A stretch of DNA of 64,000 nucleotides, taken from positions 3,168,001-3,232,000 of the forward strand of contig OZ242318.1 of NCBI GenBank assembly GCA_965208105.1, given 5' to 3'. Position numbers and translations under genes: made by a program. Below are positions 9,774-19,926 of this stretch, in pieces (position 1 is the first letter of the stretch; each line of letters begins with the position of its first letter). The notes below the pieces were generated by a model. The model was not told where the DNA came from and did not search any database. It saw only the letters and a list, made by a program, of their open reading frames with translations. Source of the stretch: Candidatus Latescibacterota bacterium (lineage in GTDB: Bacteria; Latescibacterota; UBA2968; UBA8231).

Positions 9774-10519
9774 CTTTTTAGAATCTCCGGGGTGAAAATT
9801 CTGCTGAAATGATCGTACTGGACCCTGTGTGCCTCACTGAACCAGTCGTCACCCAACCGATCTGGGATGATACCACGAAGGTTGCTCTCAAGCTGAAGAA
9901 CCTGTTTCCCTGTAACTGCAGTGGCAGTGTTCAAAGAAAAAATGCCATATCCGCCCAAGGGATTACACCTGTAGGTATACCGTGAGAATAGATTGTTGAA
10001 CCCCTCTGGAGTCTCGATTTCAGGAGGCTTTAGCCTCATAATTTTATGGGCATCACTCAAGCTGTCGATATAATCCTGCCACTCGAAGCGATCATGATAA
10101 CTGAGGTCATAGTATTTGACTGAATCCGAAGTGATATCTGGCAAACCAAGGCTCAGAGCATCGAGTGTATCCAAAAATTTGCGATATACGGTGGTGTACC
10201 CAGGATAATTGCCAACAGGTTCAGGATCCAGACGAATCCAGTTGAGGTACACCTTATTCGCCTGAATTTGGCACAACCACTTGTTGTCCTCGCTTCGCAG
10301 TCGAATAAGAACAGTCCCCGACCTTTCTGGACTAATTTCCTGGTTGATCTGAAATTCAGACATTACCTCGTCGACAAGGGGAGGGCGGATCTCCACACGT
10401 GGATATTGGTCTGATAAGGCCTGCTGGGCATCAAACAGGCCCCTTAAGGATAGGCGTTCCTCGTTAAAGGTCACGCCAAAGATAACTTCGGAGACTGGTG
10501 CCTTGGTGTATTTCTTCAC
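9764..10519 (-). CDS. TIGR04255-family protein
   Basis: N-terminal 'YTKAPVSEVIFGVTF', 'LCQIQANKVYLNW', 'YPGY', 'LSYHDRF'; C-terminal 'WFSEAH......F..IFTPE....W'. Confidence 0.8.
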   Translation of the reverse strand: MKKYTKAPVSEVIFGVTFNEERLSLRGLFDAQQALSDQYPRVEIRPPLVDEVMSEFQINQEISPERSGTVLIRLRSEDNKWLCQIQANKVYLNWIRLDPEPVGNYPGYTTVYRKFLDTLDALSLGLPDITSDSVKYYDLSYHDRFEWQDYIDSLSDAHKIMRLKPPEIETPEGFNNLFSRYTYRCNPLGGYGIFSLNTATAVTGKQVLQLESNLRGIIPDRLGDDWFSEAHRVQYDHFSRIFTPEILKRWE

Positions 10520-11017
10520 TTTGTCAACAAGGAATTATTATTCGTGGGATGGTTGGAACTGCATGGACCCTGGACGATTCAGAGGGAGAACTCACTGAAT
10601 TGTTCCAAGCAAAGATTGCTGTTCGTACCAAAGAGTAGAACGATGAAGGTGGGACAGTCGCTCAATTTTGCTAGCAGTAGCAACGGGAGACCTTGAGCCC
10701 TTAGCCATTCTTCATCGAAAAAATGAAGGTCGCATTCTCGTGAACTCATGGGAGAATATGACGAGACCAATAGCCAATCTCTTCGAGTAAACCAGACCGT
10801 GGCAAATGCCAAGATGGGCCGTACGTCACAGAACTGCTCTCTTCTCGTGCAGGGAGGAAGAATTCTTCTGCTTCAACCGGACCGACGCTCACAGGAAAGT
10901 GGAAGTTCCCCAATTTCGTATAATAAAGCTCTTTCCCCGTGTAAAATAAAGCTTTTTTTGGTGTCCCTAGCAAGGCAATGATCGTCCCAAGGACAAAATA
11001 ACCTCCCTCAGGATGGT

Positions 11018-11233
11018 TTGCCAGGCCTTCGCCATGATCTCCCCCTGTGTGAGACGGCGACCAAGATAGGGATTTCTCCAACCTACCTTAGACGAATCGA
11101 GCGCGACCAGGAGCGTCGGCCGGGGCCAGGGGTGATCAAGGAGCTGCCCAAAATACTGGCGGCCGACCCTGACGTACTGTTCCGTTTGTCCTCGTCCACT
11201 GACCCGGAAGTTGACGAATTCCTTAAAAGTTAA
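11018..11233 (+). pseudogene. XRE-family HTH regulator, N-terminally decayed
   Basis: 'ETATKIGISPTYLRRIERDQERRPG..VIKEL..IL..DPDVLF'; no proper start. Confidence 0.6.
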
Positions 11234-11659
11234 TCCAGGACCGACAACGATACTTGGTGCGCCCGCTTGTGCTACTTGTTTCGCAATCCTCCACTATCCA
11301 GTTTCAAAGTTGATCTCTTTCCAGCGGGCTTGCCTATTCCCGCACGCTGTCGAGGTCTGTGCACATGTCTGGCAGCAGGCACTCAATTCCAGTCATTTTC
11401 AATGCGCTACCTGATCCGGAAGAGTGAGCGCGACAGGGAAGTGCAGATGCTCGCCCATCCGCCCACGAGCTATTCCAGAACCCAACAAACAGCTTGATCA
11501 GCGTCACATTTTGAGCTGATTCATGCAACAATAGGTAGATCGCTGAAATGGAAGTGGTGGATTTGCGAGGCTAGTGTCCGGTCAATTTGAAACAACCAGC
11601 ACAGGAATCAGTCAGGATACAATAATGGAAAAGATCAATATAAACAAGTAATTACCAAA

Positions 11660-12000
11660 GTGGTTTGGCGGAGGGTGAAACGCAGTTTGGACCCCAAGGC
11701 CGAGCCGAAAACCCGGCGACGAAGGCTGAATGAGACTGCTGCTCCACTTCGGGGAGGTGATAGCGAGGGCAGGTCCAAAACCTGTTAACACCGGCGGGAG
11801 GCTGAAGGTTTGAGGGTGGCGGCGGGGTGCCTAGCAGCGAGAAGGCAGGGTAACACCCGTTGAGCGAAGTGTTCAGCACTTGACCATTCTCCGACAACAA
11901 AGGGAGGCAAGGATAGAAGGATAAAGACGTCCATCAAGGTGCAGAACCTGAAGAGAAGAATATACATCAAGGCGAAGGCTGACAAGGCCTCGCGATTTCA
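11660..12000 (+). mobile_element. group II intron 5' remnant with the first codons of the RT/maturase
   Basis: RNA motifs 'GCGGAGGGTGAAA...GGCCGAGCCGAAA...CGGCGACGAAGGC' and 'GGCGGCGGGG...GGGTAACACCCG.TGAGCGAAG'. AGGGAGG SD followed by 'IKTSIKVQNLKRRIYIKAKADKASRF' (11921-11998), a typical intron-RT N-terminus. The rest is deleted. Confidence 0.65.
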
Positions 12001-12286
12001 GGCGCCAACTCTCGACCTTGTCGAGGGCAAAACCGAATGGCTGAGCTACTTGAATTTGGACCGTTCCACCACTTCCTCCTGAGTTGCGGATCTCGGTACG
12101 GGGTCCTAAAGTATAAAGCGCCGGAATCCTTGGGGGAAGCCGGCGATTCAAGAACTAGACAGAGAGGCGAGTTGGGCTATAGGTCTCTGGAGATTGTGGG
12201 TGTGGTCGCCGCCTCTATTGATTATAACGCCCATTGCTCCAGTTAAACAGAGCACTTGGTTGCACCTTAAAAAAAGGAGAATTGCT

Positions 12287-12478
12287 ATGAAGTCACAAAA
12301 AATCATCAGACTCCCGGCGCTCATAAAGCTTCTCGGCCTATCCCGCACGACCATATGGCGCCGTGTCAAGAGCGGAGACCTTCCTCCCCCCATTCGGCTT
12401 GGCGGTCCTGGTACCCGGGCTGTCGGATGGCGACGGACGGCCGTGGAGTCTTGGGTGAGAAGCCGATCTGAGGCGTGA
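12287..12478 (+). CDS. alpA: AlpA-family regulator/excisionase
   Basis: 'IIRLPAL...GLSRTTIWRRVKSGDLPPPIRLG....AVGW'; AAGGAG SD. Confidence 0.9.
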   Translation: MKSQKIIRLPALIKLLGLSRTTIWRRVKSGDLPPPIRLGGPGTRAVGWRRTAVESWVRSRSEA

Positions 12479-12693
12479 ATATCCTCTGGGTGCTTCAGAG
12501 ACTGACATATATTGTCTGCTGATCGGCTACAACCCGATATCTTCAGTCGTATTCGATGGCATCTGGGTGGGGGATGGGCGTATCCCGCGCTCATCCACCA
12601 CTGTCTTCGTCGAATACAATACCGAGGGAAGATGTCGTCGAAGCTCTCTTCCTCGCAACGTTCACGTAGTACTGCAGCGCCCGCTGTAATTAC

Positions 12694-13647
12694 ATGGCAG
12701 GAAGAGAAATGGTGTCGGAGCGATTTTCCAAACAACCAAAGCTCGCCGTAGTTGACCAAGACGGCCTTCCAGATCCTCTAATTTCCGAAGAAATCGAACT
12801 CAACTATCCGTACTTCAGCACATACGCTGTTGAAGAACTGGGTTCACCGCTTATGAACGCCACATCGGCGGAGGAATTCAGGGCAGCCCACAGGTTGAAG
12901 TTGTGGGCATGGAGTCGGAGGCCAATTGGTTCATTGCCAAATAACGATACCATACTGGCCAATCTGGCCGGATCAGCATACTTCGGTAGCACAGATTTAT
13001 GGACCGAGCATAAAGACAGCATCATGCAGGAGTTCATCTTATGCAAGGACAACCGGTGGTATCATCCGAGGCTGGTGGGTTGCGCCATGTTCTGCTGGAA
13101 ACAAAAGATTGGCAAGAGCCGCGGAGGCAAAAATTCGGCCAAACAAAGAGCGGAAAAAACGGCTCGGGAAGCCGCAGGACAGGGGAGGGATCAAGATACT
13201 TGCAACAAGGAAAGTAAAGGAAATAAAAAGAAAGCTCCAAATACTATTGTAACAACCAATGATGTTGTTACGGAAAAGAAGCTCAGCAAGCGGGGTGAGT
13301 TGGATTTCGAGTCTGAGGAGGAAAAATGGATCATCACCGAACTTCGTAATCCAGAAAATTATCCTCGAGGAAATAGAGCATGGAACTGGAGATCTGCCCT
13401 GAAAGCAGTAAGAGCAAGACTGAAAGAGGAAATCTACACGGCATCGGAACTGCTGCAGTTTGCGAAGAATTATACGGTTGCATGCAAGGCCGACAAAAAA
13501 GAGCCGGGATTTATCATGATGCCATCCACATTCTTCGGTCCTAACATGCGTTTTGAACAGTATATGGAGGCCGAGCCGGAACAAGAGGAAAATCAGGTCA
13601 CGGTGCGCCGGCAAATCAACCTGAGTGAGCTCAGGAGAAACCAATAA
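12694..13647 (+). CDS. DUF1376/YdaU-like phage replication initiator
   Basis: 'AEEFRAA..L..WAW...PIGSLPNND..LANLAG', 'DNRWYHPRL', C-terminal 'YP......SA.KA..ARL', 'FIMMPSTFFGP..RFEQY'; translationally coupled to dnaB. Confidence 0.75.
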   Translation: MAGREMVSERFSKQPKLAVVDQDGLPDPLISEEIELNYPYFSTYAVEELGSPLMNATSAEEFRAAHRLKLWAWSRRPIGSLPNNDTILANLAGSAYFGSTDLWTEHKDSIMQEFILCKDNRWYHPRLVGCAMFCWKQKIGKSRGGKNSAKQRAEKTAREAAGQGRDQDTCNKESKGNKKKAPNTIVTTNDVVTEKKLSKRGELDFESEEEKWIITELRNPENYPRGNRAWNWRSALKAVRARLKEEIYTASELLQFAKNYTVACKADKKEPGFIMMPSTFFGPNMRFEQYMEAEPEQEENQVTVRRQINLSELRRNQ

Positions 13648-15017
13648 TGGCTACCAAGGAATTCAAACTCATCGCTCCTCCTCATGATAAGGAAATCGAG
13701 GAGGCCATACTCGGCTGTTGCATAATCAGTGACGAGGCGCTGTCCATGGCGATTGACAGAGGGATTGAAGATGACCATTTCTACGAAATAAACAACGGCC
13801 ATATTTTCTCGGCTCTCCATGAATGCGCTCGTCAAGGCCTGGCCAAAGATGCCGCTGTTATCACTGGCATCCTGAGGCGGCGCGGAGTCTTCGATCAGGT
13901 GGGAGGAAATCAGAGGCTGGCGACTCTGGGTAATTCTGTTGATTCTGACGCCAACATGGAGTACTACCTAAACCGCCTTGAGGACTTGTCCATGCGGCGC
14001 AAGCTCCAGGTTTTGCTCTCCAACGCAGATACCAGGGCAGACGACCAAACCGTCCCCGCCATAGAGGTTGTTGAACAAACTACCGGTGAAATGCAGCGGT
14101 TATGTGAGGGCAAGGACTCCTGCGATGGCATGGAATCCATATCGGATATCATGCGGGACGTGCCGCAATTCATTGAAGAGCGCAGGTCGGGTGCCAAAAC
14201 AGGCATTAAAACCGGCCTTGGGTCCCTCGACTACATCCTGTCGGGCGGAGGATTCGAGCCGGGTTACCACATTATTGCCGCTGGCACCTCGCAGGGAAAG
14301 AGTTCTCTGGCCTTGTGCATTGCCAGGGAGGCGGCCAGGAATGAACATTGCGTGGCCTACTTTTCTCTTGAGATGTCGAAACTGAGCCTGGTGCTACGGC
14401 TCCTGTCCATTGGCAGCGAAGTGGAGGCTACAAAGATCAAATCTGGGCGCATGGACAGGCAGGAATGGGAGAGGGTGACAGGGGAAATGGCTACTCTGTC
14501 TGATTCCAATAACCTTCATATTGACGCCACTCCCGCAATCAGTGCCGTGCAAATGCTGGCCAGGGTACAGAGGCTCAACCAGCTCAAAAAGGTGGATCTG
14601 ATTGTGGTGGACTACCTTCAGCTTATGTCTTCCCGATCCTCGGATACTCGGGAGCAGGAGGTGGCTCAGATCTCCAGGTCCCTGAAAGGCGTAAGCCAGC
14701 GCCTGAATGTGCCGCTGTTGGCCCTGAGCCAGCTATCCAGAAGTCATGAGCACCGAACGGATAGGAAGCTCAGGCTCAGTGACTTGCGCGAGTCGGGGTC
14801 GTTGGAGCAGGACGCCGATACGGTTATTTTCCTGAGCCATCCCAACAAGAACGAGGTTGATGTGAATGGCGAGGCTCTCGATGGCGTGGCCGATTTAAAT
14901 GTGGCGAAGCAGCGCGAGGGGCCCACCGGAACCGCCGTGGTTCAATGGCAGGAGGGTTTTACCAAGTTCAGGAATTTTGCCGGCCAAGAAGTCCCTTGGG
15001 ATGAGTATTTTGGATAA
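13647..15017 (+). CDS. dnaB: replicative DNA helicase (DnaB family, element-encoded)
   Basis: 'PPHD.EIEEAILG', Walker A 'AAGTSQGKS', 'FSLEMS', 'VVDYLQLM', 'LSQLSR', 'SDLRESGSLEQDAD', 'AKQREGPTG'. Confidence 0.95.
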   Translation: MATKEFKLIAPPHDKEIEEAILGCCIISDEALSMAIDRGIEDDHFYEINNGHIFSALHECARQGLAKDAAVITGILRRRGVFDQVGGNQRLATLGNSVDSDANMEYYLNRLEDLSMRRKLQVLLSNADTRADDQTVPAIEVVEQTTGEMQRLCEGKDSCDGMESISDIMRDVPQFIEERRSGAKTGIKTGLGSLDYILSGGGFEPGYHIIAAGTSQGKSSLALCIAREAARNEHCVAYFSLEMSKLSLVLRLLSIGSEVEATKIKSGRMDRQEWERVTGEMATLSDSNNLHIDATPAISAVQMLARVQRLNQLKKVDLIVVDYLQLMSSRSSDTREQEVAQISRSLKGVSQRLNVPLLALSQLSRSHEHRTDRKLRLSDLRESGSLEQDADTVIFLSHPNKNEVDVNGEALDGVADLNVAKQREGPTGTAVVQWQEGFTKFRNFAGQEVPWDEYFG

Positions 15018-15113
15018 CTATGGCCATGGCAAAGACAGAGAAGATTGTGGGTCTGCTCGTGGATCCAAAAAAAGCAGGTCTACTGAAGCGGAGCCTGGAA
15101 TCCTGGGAAGTCT

Positions 15114-15398
15114 ATGCCCGGGCAAGGAAATCCTGGTCCACAAAACTCATTACCTGATGCACCAAGTTTTTCAAATAGAGAAAAGTTCTTCGGGCCGTCC
15201 CACACGGTGGTGGCATTCTATAATGGCGACATGGATGACCGCGACCTCGAAACCTATTGGATTATTGCCGAGGAATATGACCTGGAGCATGTGAAGACTG
15301 CGTTCTGGGCATACCACATAAGGACTGGCCGCCAGTCGAGAAATTTTCCAAGCCCGGTTGAATTCGTCAAGCACATCGCGGTGGGAACGCAAAAATGA
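15114..15398 (+). CDS. phage-like hypothetical protein (helicase loader/inhibitor-like helical domain)
   Basis: 'YW.....YDLEHVKTAF..H......FPSPVEF..HI' pattern found in phage replication modules. Confidence 0.5.
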   Translation: MPGQGNPGPQNSLPDAPSFSNREKFFGPSHTVVAFYNGDMDDRDLETYWIIAEEYDLEHVKTAFWAYHIRTGRQSRNFPSPVEFVKHIAVGTQK

Positions 15399-15682
15399 CC
15401 GTGCTCTGCCTCGACATCATCAAAATCCTCCAGAATATGGATTCAGAATCCGTGGACATGGCCGAGAAAATGCTGGATGAGTGTGATATCACCGTGGACT
15501 TGGTGATCCCACAGCTGGCGCTAGCGCTGCTTGACCTTGCCCCCTTAGAGGACTCCAGGTCAAGTGTTGTTGATATGGCTTCTGGAGGGTTGGTTTTGGC
15601 ATATTTCTCGGCCAGCCGCGTCTTACTTGATTCAATAGTTCCATTAAAGTCCAAAAGGGCAAAATACTCACAGGAATTTTAG
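15395..15682 (+). CDS. hypothetical protein
   Basis: ATGA overlap with the previous ORF; 95 aa. Confidence 0.4.
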   Translation: MTVLCLDIIKILQNMDSESVDMAEKMLDECDITVDLVIPQLALALLDLAPLEDSRSSVVDMASGGLVLAYFSASRVLLDSIVPLKSKRAKYSQEF

Positions 15683-16706
15683 ACATAGGATTTTCCCAGA
15701 CCGACTTTGCGAACGGCATGACCATGTCGGCCGGTCGTTTCCCCCAATTTGGATATCCCTGATGAGGCCGCTCGAAATTGTAGCGCTCGAGCCACGCATC
15801 CAGGTCCTCCTGCAGGGCGGCCAACTGGTTGCGGGACTTCGGACGATCTGCCGTGCTCAAGAACTCGTCCATCACCGTACGGTGAAACCGCTTCACAAAC
15901 CCATGGGTCTGTGAAGATCTCTCCTTCGGCCTTCTGTGGGAGATGTTGGTTAGGGCAAGGTAGAGTTCGTAAGGATGGGAGGGCGATCCACAGTAGGTCC
16001 CGCCGTTATGGGTCAGAACGGCCTCCACCTCAAGACCCCAGCCATTGTAATGAGGAATCACCTTTTTGTGTAGAATGGCCACGGCGTGCTTGGGGGATTT
16101 GCCTGTGTGCAGATAGCCGAAGGCAAGGCTGCCATGGGTATCCACGACGGCTTGCAGGTAGACTTTGCCCACCCCCTTGAAGGTGCCGATGTAGAGGGTG
16201 TCCTGACACAGCAGTGTTGCCGGCGCCGTGGTTTCCAGGTTCCCTTCCCGGAAGCAGGGATTGATCTTCTCAAGGGCCCCCCTCTGCTCTGAGGTCAGTT
16301 CGGTCTGGGCTCCAGCGACCTTCTCTTCCAGCTTGAGCATGCGTTTATACCGGGTGCGCATCCCATTTTTGGCCAATATCTTCTGGATCGTCACTCCCGA
16401 TACCGATACACCGGTCACTAGGAGGAGATCGGACAGACGATGGCAGCCGTGGTCCGGAAACGCCACCGCCAGATCCAGAATCTGCCGGACGATCTCTGGA
16501 GGGGTGGTTTGGGGGTGTGATTTGTGGATGGGAGGCCGATCCACCAACCCTTCCAGGCCGTGGTCCTGAAAACGCCGTTTATACTGGTAGTACTGGGAGC
16601 GGCTCACCCCCAGGCGGCGGCACGCTTCCGAAACGTTCCCCAATTTTTGAGCCAACTTCAGAATCCGGAGACGTTTCCGTGCCAGCTTTTTCTCCGAATC
16701 GGTCAT
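15489..16706 (-). mobile_element. IS481-family transposase with a degenerate DDE triad
   Basis: 'LGNVSEACRRLGVSR', 'QDTLYIG.FKGVGKVYLQ.VVD', 'YNFERPHQG'. 'LTHNG' and 'HGFVKRF' replace the usual 'LTDNG' and 'NGFVERF'. Confidence 0.85.
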
Positions 16707-17097
16707 CTTCTCGCCTTCTTGGGTCGATAGTCGGTAATTGTTTGAAAGGATGGTTAATTATACAAGGGGATCTTCAACGCCATGCACAGGAAGGGCATTG
16801 AATTTCCCCGAAGCACTATACATACTAAATATATAGTGAAAGCAGCCTCAGGGTGTAGTCGAAAAATATTTCATGGGAAACCTGGTCGATGCGGTTTGAT
16901 CGGAGAGGAGACATGTGTATTAGTCATAACTATATAGAAAACAAATAATTGAAATAAAAATAGAACTTGGCCTGAAGAGTGGGGAATCCTCCAAATTCTC
17001 GAATTTGAGCCATACAGACATCGAAAAATACCAGTATGGCATAATTCCCCCATGGGAAAACAAAAATCCAAGTTCCTAGTATGCGGTGTAATTTTTA

Positions 17098-17706
17098 TTG
17101 AAAATCTCCTTCCGAATGGATATCTTACCTATATCCAGCGTAAAATTCCACAGAATAAACCGGGAAGCCGTCGTTGTGAAATCCTTGAAAATCTTCGAGA
17201 AGTTTCCCTCCCGGAATGGCTGCATCGAGTACCTGGAAAAAATACGCTGGGAGGGCCATCCAAAGTGTCCATACTGTGGATCGGATCACAATGTCCGGAT
17301 GCAGGACCGACATCACTGCTATACCTGCCATACTTCATTCAGCGTTACGGTTGGCACCCTTTTTCACCGCACTCACCTTCCCCTGCAGACATGGTTTTTG
17401 GCCCTTAGGCTGATGCTGAAAGAAAAGAAAGGCATCTCCGCCCTACAGCTATCCAGGGATTTGGGGGTCAATAAGAATACAGCCTGGCGAATCCACGGGA
17501 AAATTCGGTATGCCATGACCCAGGTTGCCCAGCGAACCATGTTGACTCGCATTGTTGAAATGGACGAAACCAATTTGACGGACATCCAGGACGAAGAATC
17601 CGAGGACCCAATCCACCCTGCAGTAATCCCGGTGGTCGTGGAACCGACAAAGCCACTGAAACCGGGTGCAGCGGAGCATCAGGGGAACGCTTCTGTAAGG
17701 CGGTAG
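17098..17706 (+). pseudogene. IS1595-family transposase N-terminal half (Zn ribbon + HTH)
   Basis: 'CIEYLEKIRW....CPYCGS', 'C..C..SFSVTVGTLF..THLPLQTWF', 'GISALQL.RDLGV..NTAW', 'VEMDET', followed by an unrelated tail. Confidence 0.85.
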
Positions 17707-17817
17707 TGAGAGAAGGAGGACCGTCGGCTGTCGACCTTTGAAACGTTTCAATTGCTGCAAAATGTGCCCACCACCAGGGTTCTACCGAATCGTTGCGAAG
17801 GGACCAGGGGCAGGAAA

Positions 17818-18732
17818 ATGACAGATGACCGCAAGCTTCCCAAGGTTATTGCAGGTTCCCAGAATCGTCCTCTTGTAATTGGGAACATGGAGATTCCGTG
17901 TTTTGTATTGAGTGACGAGACCAGAGTATTATCCCAAAGGGAGTTCCTGAAGGCCATAGGCAGATCCCGAATCCCCAACGCCGGCAAAGGGGGCAGGGGG
18001 AAGGTCGGCGCCTTGCCGTTCTTTTTGAGCCCGAAACAACTTGAGCCTTTCATTACCAACAAGTTGAAATTGTCGGCAAGGCCTGTTTTTTTCCAACATG
18101 GATCCGGTCCTCCCAAGAAGGGATACCATGCTGAATTACTACCGCAAGTATGCTCGGTCTACCTCAAGGCCCGGTCTGCGGGAGCCCTTCTTGCCCAGCA
18201 AATTCGTTTCGCCGAAAGAGCGGAATACCTCATGGGAGGCATATCCCCGGTGGGAATTATCGCCCAAGTCGACGAGACTTCCGGATATCTGGAAATCAGA
18301 CGCCGCATGGCGCGGGAACAGATAATCGACAAGTACGTAGCTCCCGACCTTCAAATGTGGGCAAGGGCCATTCCGGATGAATTTTATGAAAAGATCTATG
18401 AACTCAGGAATTTGGATGGACCGGAAGGATTAAAGCGACCCTCTGTAATCGGCAGGTGCATATATAAATATGTCTTTGAATACCTTCCCCGGGAAGTCTT
18501 GGAAAAACTGAAAAGGTCAAGTCCCACTCCAGAAATAGACAGGCGAAGAAGCCAGCACTACCGTTGGCCGCAGAGAGAGACTGGATGGAGAGAGCTTACA
18601 AATCATGCTTGCAAGGTTATCCTGCTGATGCGGGCATCTTCCAATTGGAGAGAATTCGATCGATTATTCCATCGAGCGTTTAATAAGCCGGTAGGCCCAA
18701 TGATTTGGGATCAGGCCCCGGTCAAGTCCTGA
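17818..18732 (+). CDS. P63C-domain protein
   Basis: 'PLVIG..EIPCFVL.D.TRVLSQR', 'GY.AELLP.VC.VYL.AR', 'GIIAQVDETSGY', 'IPDEFY..IY.L', 'RPSVIG'. Confidence 0.85.
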   Translation: MTDDRKLPKVIAGSQNRPLVIGNMEIPCFVLSDETRVLSQREFLKAIGRSRIPNAGKGGRGKVGALPFFLSPKQLEPFITNKLKLSARPVFFQHGSGPPKKGYHAELLPQVCSVYLKARSAGALLAQQIRFAERAEYLMGGISPVGIIAQVDETSGYLEIRRRMAREQIIDKYVAPDLQMWARAIPDEFYEKIYELRNLDGPEGLKRPSVIGRCIYKYVFEYLPREVLEKLKRSSPTPEIDRRRSQHYRWPQRETGWRELTNHACKVILLMRASSNWREFDRLFHRAFNKPVGPMIWDQAPVKS

Positions 18733-18770
18733 GATTTCTGCAAAAGTGATGGCAGCACGAAGCCCCCTTC

Positions 18771-19463
18771 CTATCCGGCCACCGCCCTTCTTTCGGTAGC
18801 CGGTTCGATCTTCAACTTCTGGTATAAGAGATCCAACTGGGCCCTCTCCGTCGCCGTGGTCCCAATGCGCTGCCACGTGCCAGCCGCCCTGATCAAAGGT
18901 GCGTGGACGAGCTTGAGGCAGCTTTTTTCGTTGAAGAAGCGGGGAATGGTTTTGGTACGCCGTCGCTCTTCCACGAAACTCCGTTCAATCAGGTGGGTGG
19001 TGCGTACGTGTTTTCGATGGCGCCAGGGCACGCGCAGATGGTGGAGCAGGGCCTCCAGGTCCTCGCTGAGCGCTGTGCACAGGCTCGGACAGTCCTGGCC
19101 GAAGCGGATCAACACGTCGCTGGCGGCAGCCTCTCCCGCTTCGCGGGTGGGCGCATCTCGAATGGCCGTCAGATGCGCCTTGACCTCGGGCCAGAGATGA
19201 TCGGGCACCTTCGATTGGAAGTTGCGCATGCGATGTACCCAGCAGCGCAGGCGCCAACTGTGGTGCCACACCTGGTCGATGGCCCGCAAAAGTCCGGGGG
19301 CGCCGTCGCTGGTGATGGTCTACGGCACCGGCAGGCCCCGGCTGACCAGGTCGCGCAGGAAGGAAAGCCAGGCATCGAAGCTCTCCTTCTTGGCCAGGGT
19401 CAACGACAACAACACCTTGTCCCCCTCGGTGGTAATCGCCCAGGCACACAACACCGCTTCTTT
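18771..19463 (-). pseudogene. IS256 (Mutator) family transposase C-terminal half
   Basis: 'TSDGAPGL.RAI', 'RCWVHRMRN', 'RTTHLIERSF.E.RRRTK.I.RF.NEKSCLKLV'. In-frame TAG at 19320-19322; 5' half missing. Confidence 0.85.
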
Positions 19464-19469
19464 CTATAT

Positions 19470-19913
19470 GCCATGGTAGGTAAAACTCCAGTAGCTGGTA
19501 TCAAGGATCGGGCAACCAATGAAGTCCCAGCAAGGGTAATCGGGAAGGTCAATGCCGATACCATGCAAGGATTTGTTGGAGCAAATATCGGTGCCGAAGC
19601 TGAGCTTTTCACCGACGAAAGCTCATCCTATACTGGCATGCCAAACCATACATCCTTGAAGCATAGTACTGGGGAGTATGTCAAAGGATTGGCTCACACA
19701 AATGGAATCGGGTCATTCTGGAGTACTCTCAAGCGAGGTATAGGAGGTACATACCACCAAGTGTCGTTAAAGCACTTGGGGAGATATGTGGGAGAATTCG
19801 AGGGAAGGCACAATGCCAGAGAGGTGGCAAGCACAATTTGGTTTTCTGGAGACAATAAATACGAAAATCAAACCTTTTCTTTTGAGACTCAGGAAATAGT
19901 AAGAATACCTTAG
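19470..19913 (+). pseudogene. IS1595-family transposase C-terminal half
   Basis: 'GKTPVAGIKDRATNEV', 'LFTDESSSY', 'HSTGEYV.G.AHTNGIGSFWS.LKRGI.GTYH.VS.KHL.RYV.EF..RHN'. Confidence 0.85.
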
Positions 19914-19926
19914 TTGGAATTTCAAT

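Noticed and set aside
586-19322. In-frame TAG in three transposases (586, 4060, 19320), suggesting amber recoding
   Set aside because: The positions appear to correspond to different original residues, the same genes have other lesions, and core genes (trpE(G), trpC, trpS, ptsN) use TAG as a true stop.
18903-19913. 336-aa ORF as a single gene
   Set aside because: It is a chance fusion of IS256 antisense sequence with the IS1595 C-terminal fragment.
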